A DNA stretch of 64,000 nt, taken from assembly GCF_964204645.1 (NCBI RefSeq), contig NC_134027.1:24390560-24454559 (forward strand), read 5' to 3'. A program made the translations under genes and the position numbers. Positions within the stretch are counted from its first letter, which is position 1. Each line of letters begins with the position of its first letter. The DNA comes from Tubulanus polymorphus (taxonomy: Eukaryota > Animalia > Nemertea). Shown one piece after another: positions 12,001 to 25,700 of this stretch. The notes beneath the pieces are model-generated. The model made no database searches. It was given only the letters and a program-made list of their open reading frames with translations, and had not been told where the DNA came from.

Positions 12001-14243
12001 AACATAAGACCATATTTTTTGAAGTACATGTTTGACAGGTTGATATTTTTCATTTTCCCTTAAAATTTCTGAGCAATATGATGTATTAGGGCGGGCGATG
12101 TAACCTGTCTGTGGTTTAGTTTCACGATCGGATATTTTCACAAACCACATTAGAATAAGCCCACCCGATTATAAAAAGCTTACCACCAACGATTTGGTAA
12201 CTAACTGCCCGAACGTACCCCTTGAAATTCATTGTTTTCGTGTCTATTTTCAGCATCCCGGTGGTGAGGAGGTTCTACTAGAACAAGCTGGTAAGTTATC
12301 TTCCAAAATAACGCGAATCGACGATAGATTTTTCGTATTTTGTAGATGAATTAATTTTCTTTGTCGATTATTTTTCCCATTCCAGGTTCATTCGGTACGG
12401 AGCCGTTTGAAGATGTCGGACATTCGACCGACGCAAGAGAATTGATGAAAGACTTCGTCATCGGTGAAATTGTCGATGTAAGTCTCGAGATGGTCCGTCT
12501 CAGGGGGGGTCAGTGTTGTAGAATTGATCACATTCATAGGGCGAATCTAGGAAAATTAGAATGCTGTGGCCAAGACATAAAGTAAAGGCATTTTTAACGA
12601 TCAAGCAGCCTGTCATAGGCTACTAGCGGGTTCCAACCTTGGTGTTAGATATTTTTGGAGAAATACATCTGAAAATATGCAATTTCTGTAAGGATGAGTG
12701 TGAAATTTGCAGATTTTAACAACTTCTTTATGTTATCGTTTTTTAGGCTGATAAAGAGGCCCCTTTGAAATCGGTAAGTATTTTTTCCGACCATTTAATT
12801 CAAAACCGTATAATTTTCTGATTAAATTTCGTTGAAAAATTCAGATAATTAATGATTGTTTCATGTATGATGATTTCAGAGTTCCACAACTCATCCGTCA
12901 TCTTCAACATCTGAGAGGTAAGTGGAATTTTTTTGAATTTTAAAAAATTCCGTTGGCAGTCCTTTTGCGAGGCTGTTCCCCAGGATAACAACCCCAGTCC
13001 CTCTAGGGATCATTCATTTATTACGTACGCTTAAAATTTGAATTTTTCATATACATCAACCCTTTCAGTGCATCTACACCGCAGTGCGGTGTATGAATCA
13101 GTGATAGATTTTGCTAGTACACCGCAATGCGGTGTATTGATGTAATTAGTAATTACCTCTCTTGAAAAATGGCAGCACCTGTCAAATATTAGTAACTAAC
13201 GATACACCGTGCCGCGGTGTAGACGCACTGTAGTGGTATTCCCGTTATTCAACACACTAGGATGGAACTTTTAAAATTTTTCAAATTATCTCCAGCACTA
13301 TAGGGTATTAATTAGTCAGCACTGAAAGGGTTAAGCATTACAGCACGCAATTGCACTGACCCCTCCCGCATACGTAATAAATGGACGACCCCCTACTACT
13401 TGATTTACCAGTTCGCTGGTCTATAAAACCAGTCCACCTGAGCGTCGTATTTCTACTCTAAATATTTTCACAGTTCGTGTAGCCTGAGTTAAGGGAAAGA
13501 CGGACCGTACGAGTCTCGCCACGCCATTAGCTTTGAATCCCCGCGAGGTAGGAACGTGGTGGCCAAGTCAGTGTGACTACATTCACACCTCTTCAATCGT
13601 AAACGAATCAAATTTCACTTTTTGGTTCCTGGGCTTCCGTGAGACCCTTCTTCTCGTTCTAGACCTATTTCTGTGTCTGTCTTTCAGTTATTTAGCTTCA
13701 TTAATAGTTGGTAGATCTTGCTGAAACTCGGGTACAGTGTTGATACAGGGGTCTAGTTATCAATGATATGATAAGATAAGATATAACTTTATTCTCCTGG
13801 CTAAAATTAATAGCATAGGGAGGTCAAAAAAGATGATACATAGAAAAACACAATACAGGAAAGACATGAAATAATATAGATTGATCACTTCAATTTTCAG
13901 TTAAAAATGCAGTTATCTAAGTCAATGAACAGAATGGGCCCAGTGCGCCACCTAGCGGCAGAACTAGGCATTAAAAACTGTTTTCAGCGATATGACCTTG
14001 AATAGGACCTCGCCGCCGAGGAACGGGGTTGAAATTCGAAAAGTTGTCTTGACGAAATTTAGCTACTAGCCCTAGAAGATACAACGTATCCAAAATGCAA
14101 AATTGTTTTTTTACCTTTAAGTTTAATCATGGTATTCTCCTTTTGCGATTTTCAGTTCGTGGGCTTCATGGTTGATTCCGATCACGATAGCGATCGCGGC
14201 CGCCCTCGTCTACCGACTGGTGGTCAGCTCGAACTCCAGCTAA
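9006..14243 (+). CDS. CYB5: Cytochrome b5, membrane tail-anchored isoform (~133 aa)
   Basis: Exons 9006-9125 ([18 protein letters not shown]...YDVTKFLEE), 12254-12290 ([13 protein letters not shown]), 12386-12477 ([14 protein letters not shown]), 12747-12773, 12880-12917, 14156-14243 ([28 protein letters not shown]). Both heme-ligand histidine motifs (HPGG, GHS) and a hydrophobic C-terminal anchor are present. Confidence 0.95.
9144..9637. mobile_element. Foldback/MITE-like element, near-complete ~490-bp palindrome, TTA flanks
   Basis: Termini tgtctatttcaacctgacttgagagcat / atgctctcaagtcaggttgaaatagaca. The complementarity runs to the centre, and TTA lies on both sides. Confidence 0.85.
10729..10921 (+). 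mobile_element. Short hammerhead-bearing retro-insertion (Penelope-like pLTR fragment)
   Basis: Flanked by the direct repeat aaaacatcagta (10717-10728 and 10922-10933). It contains a hammerhead plus AATAAA. Confidence 0.6.
10758..10801 (+). ncRNA. Minimal type I hammerhead ribozyme (Penelope/retrozyme-like)
   Basis: acac-CTGACGA-t-GATCTC tctagggt GAGATC-GAAAC-GTC-gtgt: intact core, stem I acac/gtgt, stem II gatctc/gagatc, minimal palindromic stem III, followed by aataaataaa. Confidence 0.75.
13060..13330. mobile_element. piggyBac-like MITE nested in another MITE
   Basis: TIR ccctttcagtgc/gcactgaaaggg with T(C/T)AA flanks. The empty host site atacattaagcattac is seen at ~16312. Family members lie at 25449-25732 and 26655-26943. 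Confidence 0.8.
13474..13492 (+). CDS. CYB5: Candidate alternative terminal exon of cytochrome b5 (ends ...SSCSLS*, no TM helix)
   Basis: Good acceptor (tattttcacag|TTCGTG) in the same phase 2, with the same first six exonic bases as the TM exon acceptor (ttttcag|TTCGTG). It gives a 110-aa protein ending C-S-L-S. Confidence 0.55.
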
Positions 14244-14436
14244 CGACAACACAAACCAGCCGCAGCTCGCTAATAATAAATAATATAGTAAAATACCTGC
14301 CAATTTTTGTTACCCCCGGTCGGGTGTGATTGAAATATAAATTCGGGCACAAATCGTGATACGACCTGAAGTTATGATTAGTAAATATGTAAACAGGGTT
14401 CCTTCAACGTTCAGGGAATATAAATTTCTGGTACCC

Positions 14437-14608
14437 GGGGCCGGTTGCGCAGTCATGGCTTGGACTTAGGACCAGTCTAAGACCAACTTAGATCTATAGC
14501 CAATCTAACAACTAAAGACCAGTCTCAAGATTTAAGACCACTTTTGGACTTAAGTCACGACTGTGCAACTTGGTCTTTAGTCTAATACATGACTATGCAA
14601 CTGGCCCC
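14437..14608. mobile_element. MITE family with ggggccggtt TIRs and ttaagaccagtc internal repeats; also ~25800-25939, ~26513-26645, ~28410-28549
   Basis: Dispersed copies with inverted ends ggggccggttgc/gcaactggcccc and shared internal sequence. Confidence 0.75.
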
Positions 14609-16752
14609 TGGTTCTTGTTGGTGACAAGTGCCTCCGCAAGGAACCACTCGTGAAGAAATAGCCCCCCCCCCCCCGCTGAGGATATCTTATAATCTAATCA
14701 GAAAATTTGGGTCGCGCAGAATTTTGGATTCCCTGATCTGTAAGAACCCTGTATAAAATAAATCGCTTGTTAACAATAACATATGCTTCTTTAGGTAATA
14801 ATAATAATAATAATAATAATACATGTAATTTATTTTTAAACACATTTTGGAAATTTGAATATTTGGTTTGAAGTTGTGAACAATTTGAACTATAGTTAAT
14901 TGAGTTTGATTCAGAGGCCACATTTTTACAACCGTGAATTTCCAATTTTTTTTCCTAAAACACAAGATTTCTGCCTTACCCGAGAATAAACGATTTAATA
15001 TAATTTATAAAATAACCGTGTGTATTAGTGAACATTTTTTTGTAATATTATTTTGCACCAGTTTGTATTATCCTATTCAAAGAGCGGTAAAACGCCAGGC
15101 GACGATTTTAACATTTTGTCGGCGATTCTCGAAATACTACTTATCGTTTTTGTTATCGAGAGGAAACTGTCATGTAAATTGAGTAGAATATAATATAAAA
15201 TAAAACAGTCGGTTGATCGCAAAATTTCGTTTTCGCCTTAATTCGCTTGTATAATTTTCCAGAGGATGATGACTCCGGCTGGACCCAGTAGCCGTCATTC
15301 CCAATTTTAGGAATCTCTTTTAGACGATTTGATGTTTTAATTGCGTAGAAAAGTGGAAGGTGTTTATTCAACTAAGGATCTAACCCCCGCCCTTATTTAT
15401 CAATTATTCAGACTAGGGCCATGCTCAATTATCTTGTATTCACATGAATGTTCTCGAGACAACTATGCTCTTCGTCATAACTAATGTAATACGTTGTTAC
15501 AATGAACTTCAGGGGCAGCAGCTGCTAAAGGTTGGATAGGGTTAACCAGTGGATAGTTGACTAAGTTCATTGTAACTGGTATTCATCTGCTGGTTATATT
15601 TATCAACATTTGAGCAACTGGCCCCGGGGGTCCGGAAAATATGTTCATGATAACCACTTATATCTGGCTCGTTCTAACAAAATCTCACCGTAGTTCGATT
15701 TCAAGAATTCAAAGAAATTCACTTATAACAGAGGAAGCATTTTTAGAATAGAGTATTTTTTAAATCTTTTACACAGTATACAAATAAACTCATTGAAAAT
15801 AGGAACACAAGTTTATATTGCAAATTACACATATGAAATATAGAGACTACTTTAAATCAACTATTGTTAACATGATTGACAATAAGTCATAAATTTGACA
15901 TGATTTGACTAATTTAGTCTACAATACTGTATTTTGTGAAATGCACGTGCAACAATTTCAATCGCAAACAAAAATATAGTTCCAAATCGAACTTATCATT
16001 AATTAACCATAGTATTCAACATGTATATGATAGCTCTGCCTTACTCTTAAGGCGAGTGCTTAATTCAGTGAAGTTTACTCAAATATTATGAAAAATGCGC
16101 TCTAATTTTCCCGATAGTCAACTTCGTAAAAAATCTCCAGTTACAGTAGAACTTGCTTAATTCGAATTTTTCAATCCAGATTTTCGCATAATTGCGATGA
16201 AATGTTGGCTCCATTTAACCTTGGAACCACGTAAGCTATAGTCTAGTACGGGATTTTGAATTTTTCAACCCCCCCTCCCCCTCTGTACGCAAAATCGGCC
16301 ATTTTTTCATATACATTAAGCATTACAGTACGCAATTGCACTGACCCCTCCCCCTCCCTTGATGCGTATGTAATAAATGAATGACCCCTACCTAGTAGTC
16401 GTTCCACAAACAACGACTGGTATTCAGACTACGTAAGCTATCGTTCATAATTCGGATTTTACTTAAATCAAGAGTAATCTGGACAGACTGTAGTCATCCG
16501 AATTAAGTAAGTTCTAATGTACATAGCCAGCGAAATTAAGTTGAGTTTACAGTAAGGTATGCAGCAACAGATTACAATCCACACAACTGTGGAATTAAGT
16601 GGACATGTTGCCAGTTTTCTAGAATATGGACCAATATTGAAATATCAGCCTTGGAATGAATGAAAATACCGATTATGTATCAATTACTCTTAGGCCATAA
16701 TCTGGCCCCCGACAATACGATGCACCGCTGTACCGGAATCGTTCATATCGGT

Positions 16753-19700
16753 TTACCACAGGTCGACTACGACGTAAAAATTATCATTTTCTTCATCTTC
16801 TTCGGTACGTTCAGGTCTCGGGTCGTCGTCTTGAAGACCGAGCAGTTCACCGAATGCTTCGTTATTTTCCGTTACGTAACACGGCGACAATATACCTCCC
16901 GGTTTCTTCGTTCCGTCTGCCTGACGTGAAAAGAGAAATTTCGTTCAGCGAATCTTTGACGCGAGGACCTACGTCGCTGGAGACATATACAAAAGTATAG
17001 GGTCGGTTGTTCGAAAGTTAGAGTTAACAGATGGTTTATGTCAAAGTGAAAATTGAAATTGCATCGTAACTGTTGTGTTTGCCCAATGCCTGGCCCCAGT
17101 ACAGTAGACTGTTCGTGTAGTTAATCTGAACCCTCAGTCTTAGACGAAAAAAACTTCTGAAAGTGGCCGTACAATGCAGTAGACTCTGACTCTCTGCATA
17201 TGTCTGTTCTTAAGATATCAGAGTATTATTTGCAAGTCCAGTGTTTATATGCCCCCTTTACCAATTTGGCGCCAAGCACGGTATTATGAGCAAGATGATG
17301 TTCTTCCCCTCAGCTTGGTGAGCGCCACTCAAGCCATCATCAACAAGTTCTATATTTCTTTTTTCCCACCGAGCGCAACTCAAGGCGTCATTAGCAGGTT
17401 CAAGGTTTCTTTTTCCCTTATCAAGGAAAGAGCTCAGAGAAGAGTCTTGAACTCTGGATCGGATATATACCAGAAACGGATGTCGCGAACTCGGCCAAAA
17501 AATTCCATGAATTCCACAAAGGACTCTTCAGAAATTTATTGAAATGGGGATTTCTCAACTCCTATCCTGGGTATCCTGGGTTGATAAGTACACTCAACCC
17601 CCGATATACCGCCCTCATCGGTGTAGAACAATGTTGGCAGTATAGAGAGTATGGCGGTGGATCCGGGGTGTTTTGCTATGTATTTGTTTTAAGATGTACA
17701 TTGAGAAAATCGGCGGTAAATTTGAGGGCAGTTCACTGTATTCATCATCGACTAATATCTATTTACCAGTTTGATCGACTGTCTGACAAGCGTCAACGCT
17801 TTCGGTTTGAACTCGCTTTTCATAGCGGAACACACGAGTTTTCCCTCTTTCATCTCCAACTCCGACGACAGCTGCGGAAATTCGAACTTTTCCTACAAAC
17901 AAAGATGATGATTTACTGAAAAATGAAATTTCCTCGGCGCCTCATGAATTTTCTGAGGTAGCCGGATGAATACTTACACCGCACAGTTGTAGCACGGTAA
18001 ACACCGACGCCGAAAGTTGAAGTCGTTTTTTTGCTCGAGTCGCCGCGACGTACAAAATGTTCTTCTCGTCGTCTTTGATCTGAACTGAAAACGAAAATTT
18101 CATAGTCAATAATTTATTGTTTATTCCACAAGATATTCCGACAAATTTCATATTCATAAAGGATGTTCCAATGTCAATGGTAGGTGTTCGTTTCACACGC
18201 ATTCAAAACACATATACTCATCAGTCATACACACTCACACATTCAAATTTACAAATGGCAGGAAGGGGGAAAATATATTATCCCCTAATATATACCGGGT
18301 AATAAAGAAGCAAGCAATACAATAAATAATACAGGTACGTCATGAGAGATTGTAACTGGTGCGACAATATCAAGTGTGTTAAATTCATGTAGGGTCTTTC
18401 GAAATTGGCAAATCGATGGACCTTCGCGAAACAGATTTCCAAATACCCCGGTTATATTCAGAGTGGATCCTGAACGCCGCGGAGACATTTTATTTTCTAT
18501 CACTATTCTTCCTCCAATTTTTGATCATCCAGACTTCGCAAGTGTTCAGGACTTGACTTCATTTTAAGAGACATTTTTTTAATTGAAAATGAACTACAAA
18601 CACCAGACATTAGATATTTTATCAGCACACTTTCAAAAACTGTCATCCACATTTCACATGTGTTCAGTACTTCACCTGAGACATTTTCGATTGAAAATGA
18701 ACTACAATCACCGGACATTAGACATTTTATCAGCACACTTTCAAGTCAGTAACCTGTCTGTGGTTTAGTTTCACGATCGGATATTTTCACTATAAGCCCG
18801 TCCGATTTTCATACCACCATAGATTAGGTAACTAACTACAAACTTTCATAAACTGATCGTTCACACTTCTACAATATCATATGTCTGAAGGGGGTTGAGT
18901 TTGGAGGCCACTGGTGTAGGACAGTGTTTTATACTCACACGACTGATTGCCCTCTCCCGGTAAAACGTTGTAATCATCGGTCAGTCGAACCGTATCGAAT
19001 TCTAAACCTTTCGATTTATGAGCCGTACTGAACAACACATCTACAACGGATCAACGATAGCATTTTTTGTATTTTCATACATTTCCATTACATTTCACAG
19101 AATTCAAATTTTCTCACAAATTTTCGAGCACACATCCATTTTTTTCCGAAATTTCTCACATTTTCGATCAATCTGACCGCTACAAGCGCGTTCTTTTGTA
19201 AATATGAAAGCTTTCGTACCTGCGATTCTCTGGTCCGTCACCGTCTTGCTTCGGATTTTCGCGATATGACTCGGCAAGTTGTGGTTGTAAGTTCGTACGA
19301 TGCGTATTTTGCCCAACAATTCGTTATCCATCACGCTCGACGCGTACTTCTCTAAGTCCGGAAGACTTCGGAAATGCTTGATCAAAGGGTGTTTGATTTG
19401 TAGACCGCCTAGAAATAATAGAAAACGGCTACGTTCACAAAACCGGGAACTAATTCCAACGTTAAATACACAGCTGTGGGTCAGGGCCCTACTACTGTTG
19501 CTTAGTCATGATTCTGCTAGACTATGAGTCCAAAAGTGGTTTAAATTTCAATGAGTGATTTTGAGTTGTAAGTTGCTGGAACTAAGATGGTCTTAGATCG
19601 GCCTTAAATCTAAGCCATGACTGCAACTACCCTTTGATTTAATGGACAGTTCCAAGCCGAAAGCGGTTCGGATTTTTATTCATTTTAATGATTGAAATGT

Positions 19701-22700
19701 GAATGAGAGACTTCACATTAAGAGCTAGGAAATGAGGTTCTTTCATCAACGAAGCCTAGTTTCACAGTTTCGAGTTAACAGTCAACTCTAGAGTTAAAAC
19801 CAGTTTATTGTCATTGTTTCAATTCAAGGGTCAAATTTGACTCCGAACTGTGGAACTGGGTCTTGGTTTTTTCAGTCCCGATATCATGAAAATCAAATGG
19901 CTAGTTTTTATTCCTCTTTTGCTTGGATCCCTTCATGAAGTACACACACATGCAAAATCTTCAATACCGGGTAATTAGAATTTTGTACATAAAAATGGCC
20001 AATTTCTCACCCTCCCCCATAGACGTGTACGTACATTGAACTAATCCAAATTTCAGTCATCAAACTTCAAAAGACTTTTGCTGTTGGAAATTTTTTTTTG
20101 ACATACCTTTCCGACGTTCGGGGTCCGACAGCTGCAAAGCGTAGATATCCAAAATGGTATTGAATCCGAATGCCTCGGCGCCCTGAAAAAACCAATCAAG
20201 TAAATAACCATTAGTATAACCAAAATTCCCACGATATTTAAGAAATTAGTTTCAATGTGAAGATCATGTTCTAAAGTACCCCAGACCAATTTCAATTACA
20301 GCACTCTTCACAGGAATACATTTTTGCCCTGAAAGAAGCATTTAAAATAAAGCTGGAAGCCCAGTATTCGTTTTATCGATTCATCAAATACATTCGATAG
20401 GGTCAATCACTGGACTTTTTTTAAGAGATGCTACATAGTTTTTTGCCTTTGCGTTTGAAAGTTGCATAAAATACAAAATCCTTATTTCGTCTTTAAGTTC
20501 TCTTGGAATGGTGTTAAAATATTCAGCTAAAAGTCGCTCATTTTTTTTTCAATCGGATGCGCTATTATTTCTCTTTGCCGAGAAAAAGAGCAAATATAAC
20601 GATATTTGTCTGTGTGAACTCGGCTATACAAAAACTTGTCATCTTTTACTGTAATTATGGATTCATATTTTTGTGCAGTTCCACCAGCTCAATTGTGTGC
20701 ATCATTTAGAGATAATTTGCCCAAATTGTCGAGGTACCTCGCCTCCGTGTTTCAAAGGCCTAAGGCAATTCTAGAAACCACCTTTTTAAGCGGGATCATT
20801 TTCCGAATTTTCCAAACCCCTTCCCTCATGTACGCGAAATCCACCATTTTTTTGTATACTTTTAAGCATTACAGTACATAATCGCAATTGGCCCCATTCC
20901 TTAATGTGTAAGTAATAAATGAATGACCAAAGAAAAGAAAATTCCCCGACTTTTCCCTGATTTCCAGGGTAAGTAGCAACTCTTAAATGTACCGAGTGCT
21001 CATCGCGCCATCTGGTGTTCGGGTTTCATATGAATACTCATATTACTCATATGAGCAATCTACGAGTTTACCGTGTTTGACTACTTACACCGACAAATGC
21101 AACGCGGACTTCCTCATTCGCCGTCGAACAGCACAGATTGACCGCTTCTTTGAACAGCGTGAAATTACTACGAGTTATGATCGCCAGTTGTCCCTCTCGA
21201 TCGCCTTCGATGCCACCTGCGAAAAAATACACCGCGAATCGAATAAAATCTTCAGTCGAATCAACATCCTTAGATACAGTTTCACGGGTATTAGTAATCC
21301 ATTTTCTAGAAATAAATGCGTCGAACAGAGTGACCACTTTCTGCGAATTTACAAATTCCCCGAGTAAATCCAAGAATTTTCTTGCTTTAAAATGTTACAG
21401 TTTATTCATTTTCTTTTTATGAATCGCTTATTGATTAAGTAATGTGAGGTCAATAACTCATTCAAATACCCTGATTTTTTTTTTTGGTTTAATTCCAGAG
21501 TTTTCCCTGATTTTTCTGATTCCCGGAGTTTTCCAGGTCAGTGCCCGCCCTGTCCAAGCTCTCCGGTCAAATTCAATTCACATCTATCTGAAATACAGGA
21601 CCTGCTTCAACGGCTCTGTTTCGAGAAAAACTCTTCAATCGGCTAAATGTCTTCGTTATTTGCGTTTATGTTAAGATCGATTAACAAATTTATCCTTTTT
21701 ATGAAACACAGTTAGCCGGGTAATGTAGCGTACTTCACGATGTAAAATTCGATCCCAAAGACTTATAGATTTAATCGACTCACAGCTGCTACCGCTAGAA
21801 GTAGATTTTAACTCACAACTGTGAAACCCGGCTCCGGTTACTAACCTGTTATACCACTCCCGACTAGATTCTTTCTCCTTTCTCCGTGTAAAGCGCTGAG
21901 GATGCAGTCGGCAACTTGAGCGATTTCCGGACCAAATCTGAATGACTGTAAAAACAGACAAATACCCTTATTGGAGTCTAGGCTTTGATTTGATTTCAGT
22001 TTAGGCCCATTTTGCTTCTATATACCTAGAGCCGAGCCAACAACTTAAGACTAGTCTAAGCTCATTTTGGCTCTATAACCAATCTTACAACTTAAGACTA
22101 GTCTCAGCTCATTTTGGTTCTACGGCAAATCTAACAACTTGAGACCAGTCTAAGCTCATTTTGGTTCTATTATCAATTTAACAACTTAAGACTGGTATCA
22201 GCTCATTTTGGTTCTATAACCAATCTTACAACTTAAGACCAGTCTAAGCTTATTCTGGTTCTACAGCCGATCTAACAAGTTAAGACCAGTCTAAGCTCGT
22301 TTAAGGTTTATAGTAAGACAAGGGATTTTCTTCCCACAGCTAATCCAATAAACATGATTTAAGGCCATTTTGTCAATTCTGGACCCAATTAAAGAAGCTG
22401 TTTTTCGTACGTACTTGAGTCAGATAGAAAATTTTCGAAGCTTGCACTTGCTGCATCGAGTTGACCGCACCACGAAAAGCGTAGATTTGCTGACGAGGAT
22501 CGCCCACCAGTATTTTACCTTGCGACTGAGATAACAATACATCGGCTATAGCTAAAAATAAATAATATTGAACAACTTCATTAACCCCAGTATATGGAAG
22601 TGTATATAATTTGTGCGTTTTCTATGGTACAGACAGCAGGCACTCAACACTATGTCACAAATGGGTCCTCTCCTCATCTAAGTATCATGCACTGCGCTGG

Positions 22701-25700
22701 AAGGTAGCACATGTTTCTCATACACAAAATAAATTTCCTGTCACTGGGATTGGGTAAGAACAGACGAGACTACCCTGCTACCTGATACCTCTACCCTGGT
22801 ACCCGATATCTCTACCCTCCTGGTACCTGATATCTCTACCCCGGTACCTGATATCTCTACCCTCCTGGTACCTGATATCTCTACCCTCCTGGTACCTGAT
22901 ATCTCTACCCTCCTGGTACCTGATATCTCTACTCCGGTACCTGATATCTCTACCCCGGTACCTGATATCTCTACCCTCCTGGTACCTGATATCTCTACCC
23001 TCCTGGTACCTGATATCTCTACTCCCGTACCTGATATCTCTACCCCGGTACCTGATATCTCTACCCTCCTGCTACCTGATATCTCTACCCTCCTGGTACC
23101 TGATATCTCTACCCTCCTGGTACCTGATATCTCTACCCTCCTGGTACCTGATATCTCTACCCTCCTGGTACCTGATATCTCTACCCTCCTGGTACCTGAT
23201 ATCTCGTATTGTAGTAGTTTTCAATAAAAGGCGATTAATTTGATATCGAAAACAAACTAGGAATTATTCTTTGATTTTGAGACTTCTGAGAGTAAATGAG
23301 CGCTTAAAAAAAGAGTAGAAACTACTCTCAAATTGAAGTCAGGTCCAGTTACAGGTAGGTATAATGACTACCCGGCGTCAGGTCGCTGGGGTCCCTTAAG
23401 AGGTACATACGTATACATGGGCCAGGATTTATAGACCGGTATTAACTTAAACCCAGGGGCTCACTCAATTGAAAATGAATTGGGGTGTTAAAATTACTCC
23501 CAGTCCCAGAAGTTTACCTGGTGTGAGGTCCTGAGCTTCATCGATCAATATACAATCGAAATTGTACAGTTTCGGACGCGACAACTGATAGACTTTCAAA
23601 TAACCGTCGTGCGTGATTTTCATATCGTCTCTAACGTCGATCATTCGCTTCCAGATCATTTCAGCGTCTTCTAAAACCATCTAAAAACAAAGCATCGCAC
23701 ACCGATATAAGACTTGCACTAGAACTAGAAGATATGTTGCCCAGGAACTAGAAGATATGTAACGCTGGAATTGAGAGGGTTACAATCAGACCAAATTCCA
23801 CAGTTACGAGTAAAAGAACTGACTCCAGAGTAAAATGATTGAAAATCAACTACATTAGAATATCGCCCTTATTTAGGGAACATTCTTTATAATATAATAA
23901 TATAATATGTGTCTTATATAGCGCTAAATCCAGCCAGGCTGCTCAGAGCACTTTACATTTTTCGGTATTGTTACCCTGGCCAATTTTATACTCTAACATG
24001 TATCAGTCATCTATCCCTGGGGAGAAGTAACACCGAGCTGCTAACAAACGCTCAGGAGTCATCTATCAGGCCAGGCACCCATTTACTCCTGGGTGGAGAG
24101 AGGCAATGAGGATAAGTGTCTTGAGTTCTTTTCTTTTTGGATTTCATGTTATTTTTTAAATAAGGTTGCACAGTGTTTCTACAGGGTGGCCCCTGACTTT
24201 TCCCTGACGCGCGCATTGTTTTCCCTGACTTGATCTGCTAAGAATCCAATCAATTAACATAGTCAAATACATAAGAAATAGATGTAAACTGTTTGATTTC
24301 AAGCGCAATCGAAGTATTTGAACTAATTTCCCGTGACTTATAGCTTTTTAACTAAATAATCCCTCAATATTCCCCGACTTTTTAAAGACAAAAACATTCC
24401 CTAACTTCTCTCTCTGATATCCAGGTGGCCACCCTGTTTTCAAACAAAGGCTAACCCCCTTTATTCATTAGACGAAGTTGAGAAGTATTTCGAAACGTTA
24501 CCATTCGATGTTCGTGCGGGACCTCGACGAGCTGCGGTGAATTCTTATTCATATCGAGACGAGACAGCGGCACGTGAGCGGTCGTCAGATCGCGGTCAGC
24601 AGACGCGCAGAAATCGTTGATCGTCAGGATAACCAACTTCGCGCGTACGAACAGCGACATTCCTTTCTTTAACACGATACTCTCGGAGATTTCCTTCACT
24701 TTTAAGTTGCCGGTTAATTTCCTCGCATACCTACGAGAATTTGAAATTTCATTCAAAAGGTCAACTTGAATGGGAAGGCAGGGCCCAGACCCCCGAGACC
24801 ACCCTCCGAATTAAAGCTTGTAAAATGCCCATATGACATCATCAAAAGTGGACGCTAAATACCAATGCACTTAAGATACTTACATTCGTCCAAACTTGGC
24901 GTAAGCGAGGCTGTGACTGGTTTTCGAAGTAACATTTCCGGGAAAAATTTTAACCGCGTGGTCTGCCATCGATCTAGAAATTCGGTTGAAATAAGTTTTT
25001 CTAATGATTTCAGAGGATCACTAAATCGTTCTTTTTCTTACTAAACGTGTAACTTGGGAGGATCACTAAAACATTTGTTTTTCTTAATCTACATTTTAGA
25101 CTAAGTGTCGCGACAAACTGTAGCGATGATGATCACAAATATAGTTTTGAGTACTAATTTTCGATCCAATTCATTAAAAGTCATTGTCAATGTAATGATC
25201 ATCCCAACTATGATGACTTCAGCGCCACCAACAGTCGATTTCAGTTATCACGGTCAGGAGCGAGTTTTATACACGTAGGTAAAACCCCAGGGCCTCGTTT
25301 CACAGTTGTGAGTTAGAGTTAACTCTCAGTTAAAATTAGTTCATTTTATCGATGAGTTAACTCAACAGTCAAATTTAACTCAGAACTGTGGAACTGAATC
25401 TAGGAGTGAATTGCATAGTCAGGGCTTAGATTCAAGACCAGTGTTTAACCCTTTCCGTGCTGACTAATTAATACCCTATAGTGCTGGAGAAAATGAAAAT
25501 TTGGGAAAATTCCACCCTAGTGTGTTGAATAATGGGAATAGCACTATAATGTGTCTACACCGCGGCGCAGTGTATCATTAGTTACTAATATTTCACTATG
25601 TTTGACAGGTGCTGCCATCTTTCGAGAGATAATTACTAATTACTAATTAAATCAATACACCGCAGCGCGGGGTGCTAGCAAAATCCATCACTGATTTATA

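Noticed and set aside
17215-17530. Possible LINE/RT fragment in the last FBH1 intron
   Set aside because: The part I translated showed no recognisable RT or endonuclease motif.
21217-21373. In-frame upstream extension of an FBH1 exon ([10 protein letters not shown]...)
   Set aside because: A good acceptor at 21216 keeps phase with the previous exon. The extension is probably chance intronic open frame.
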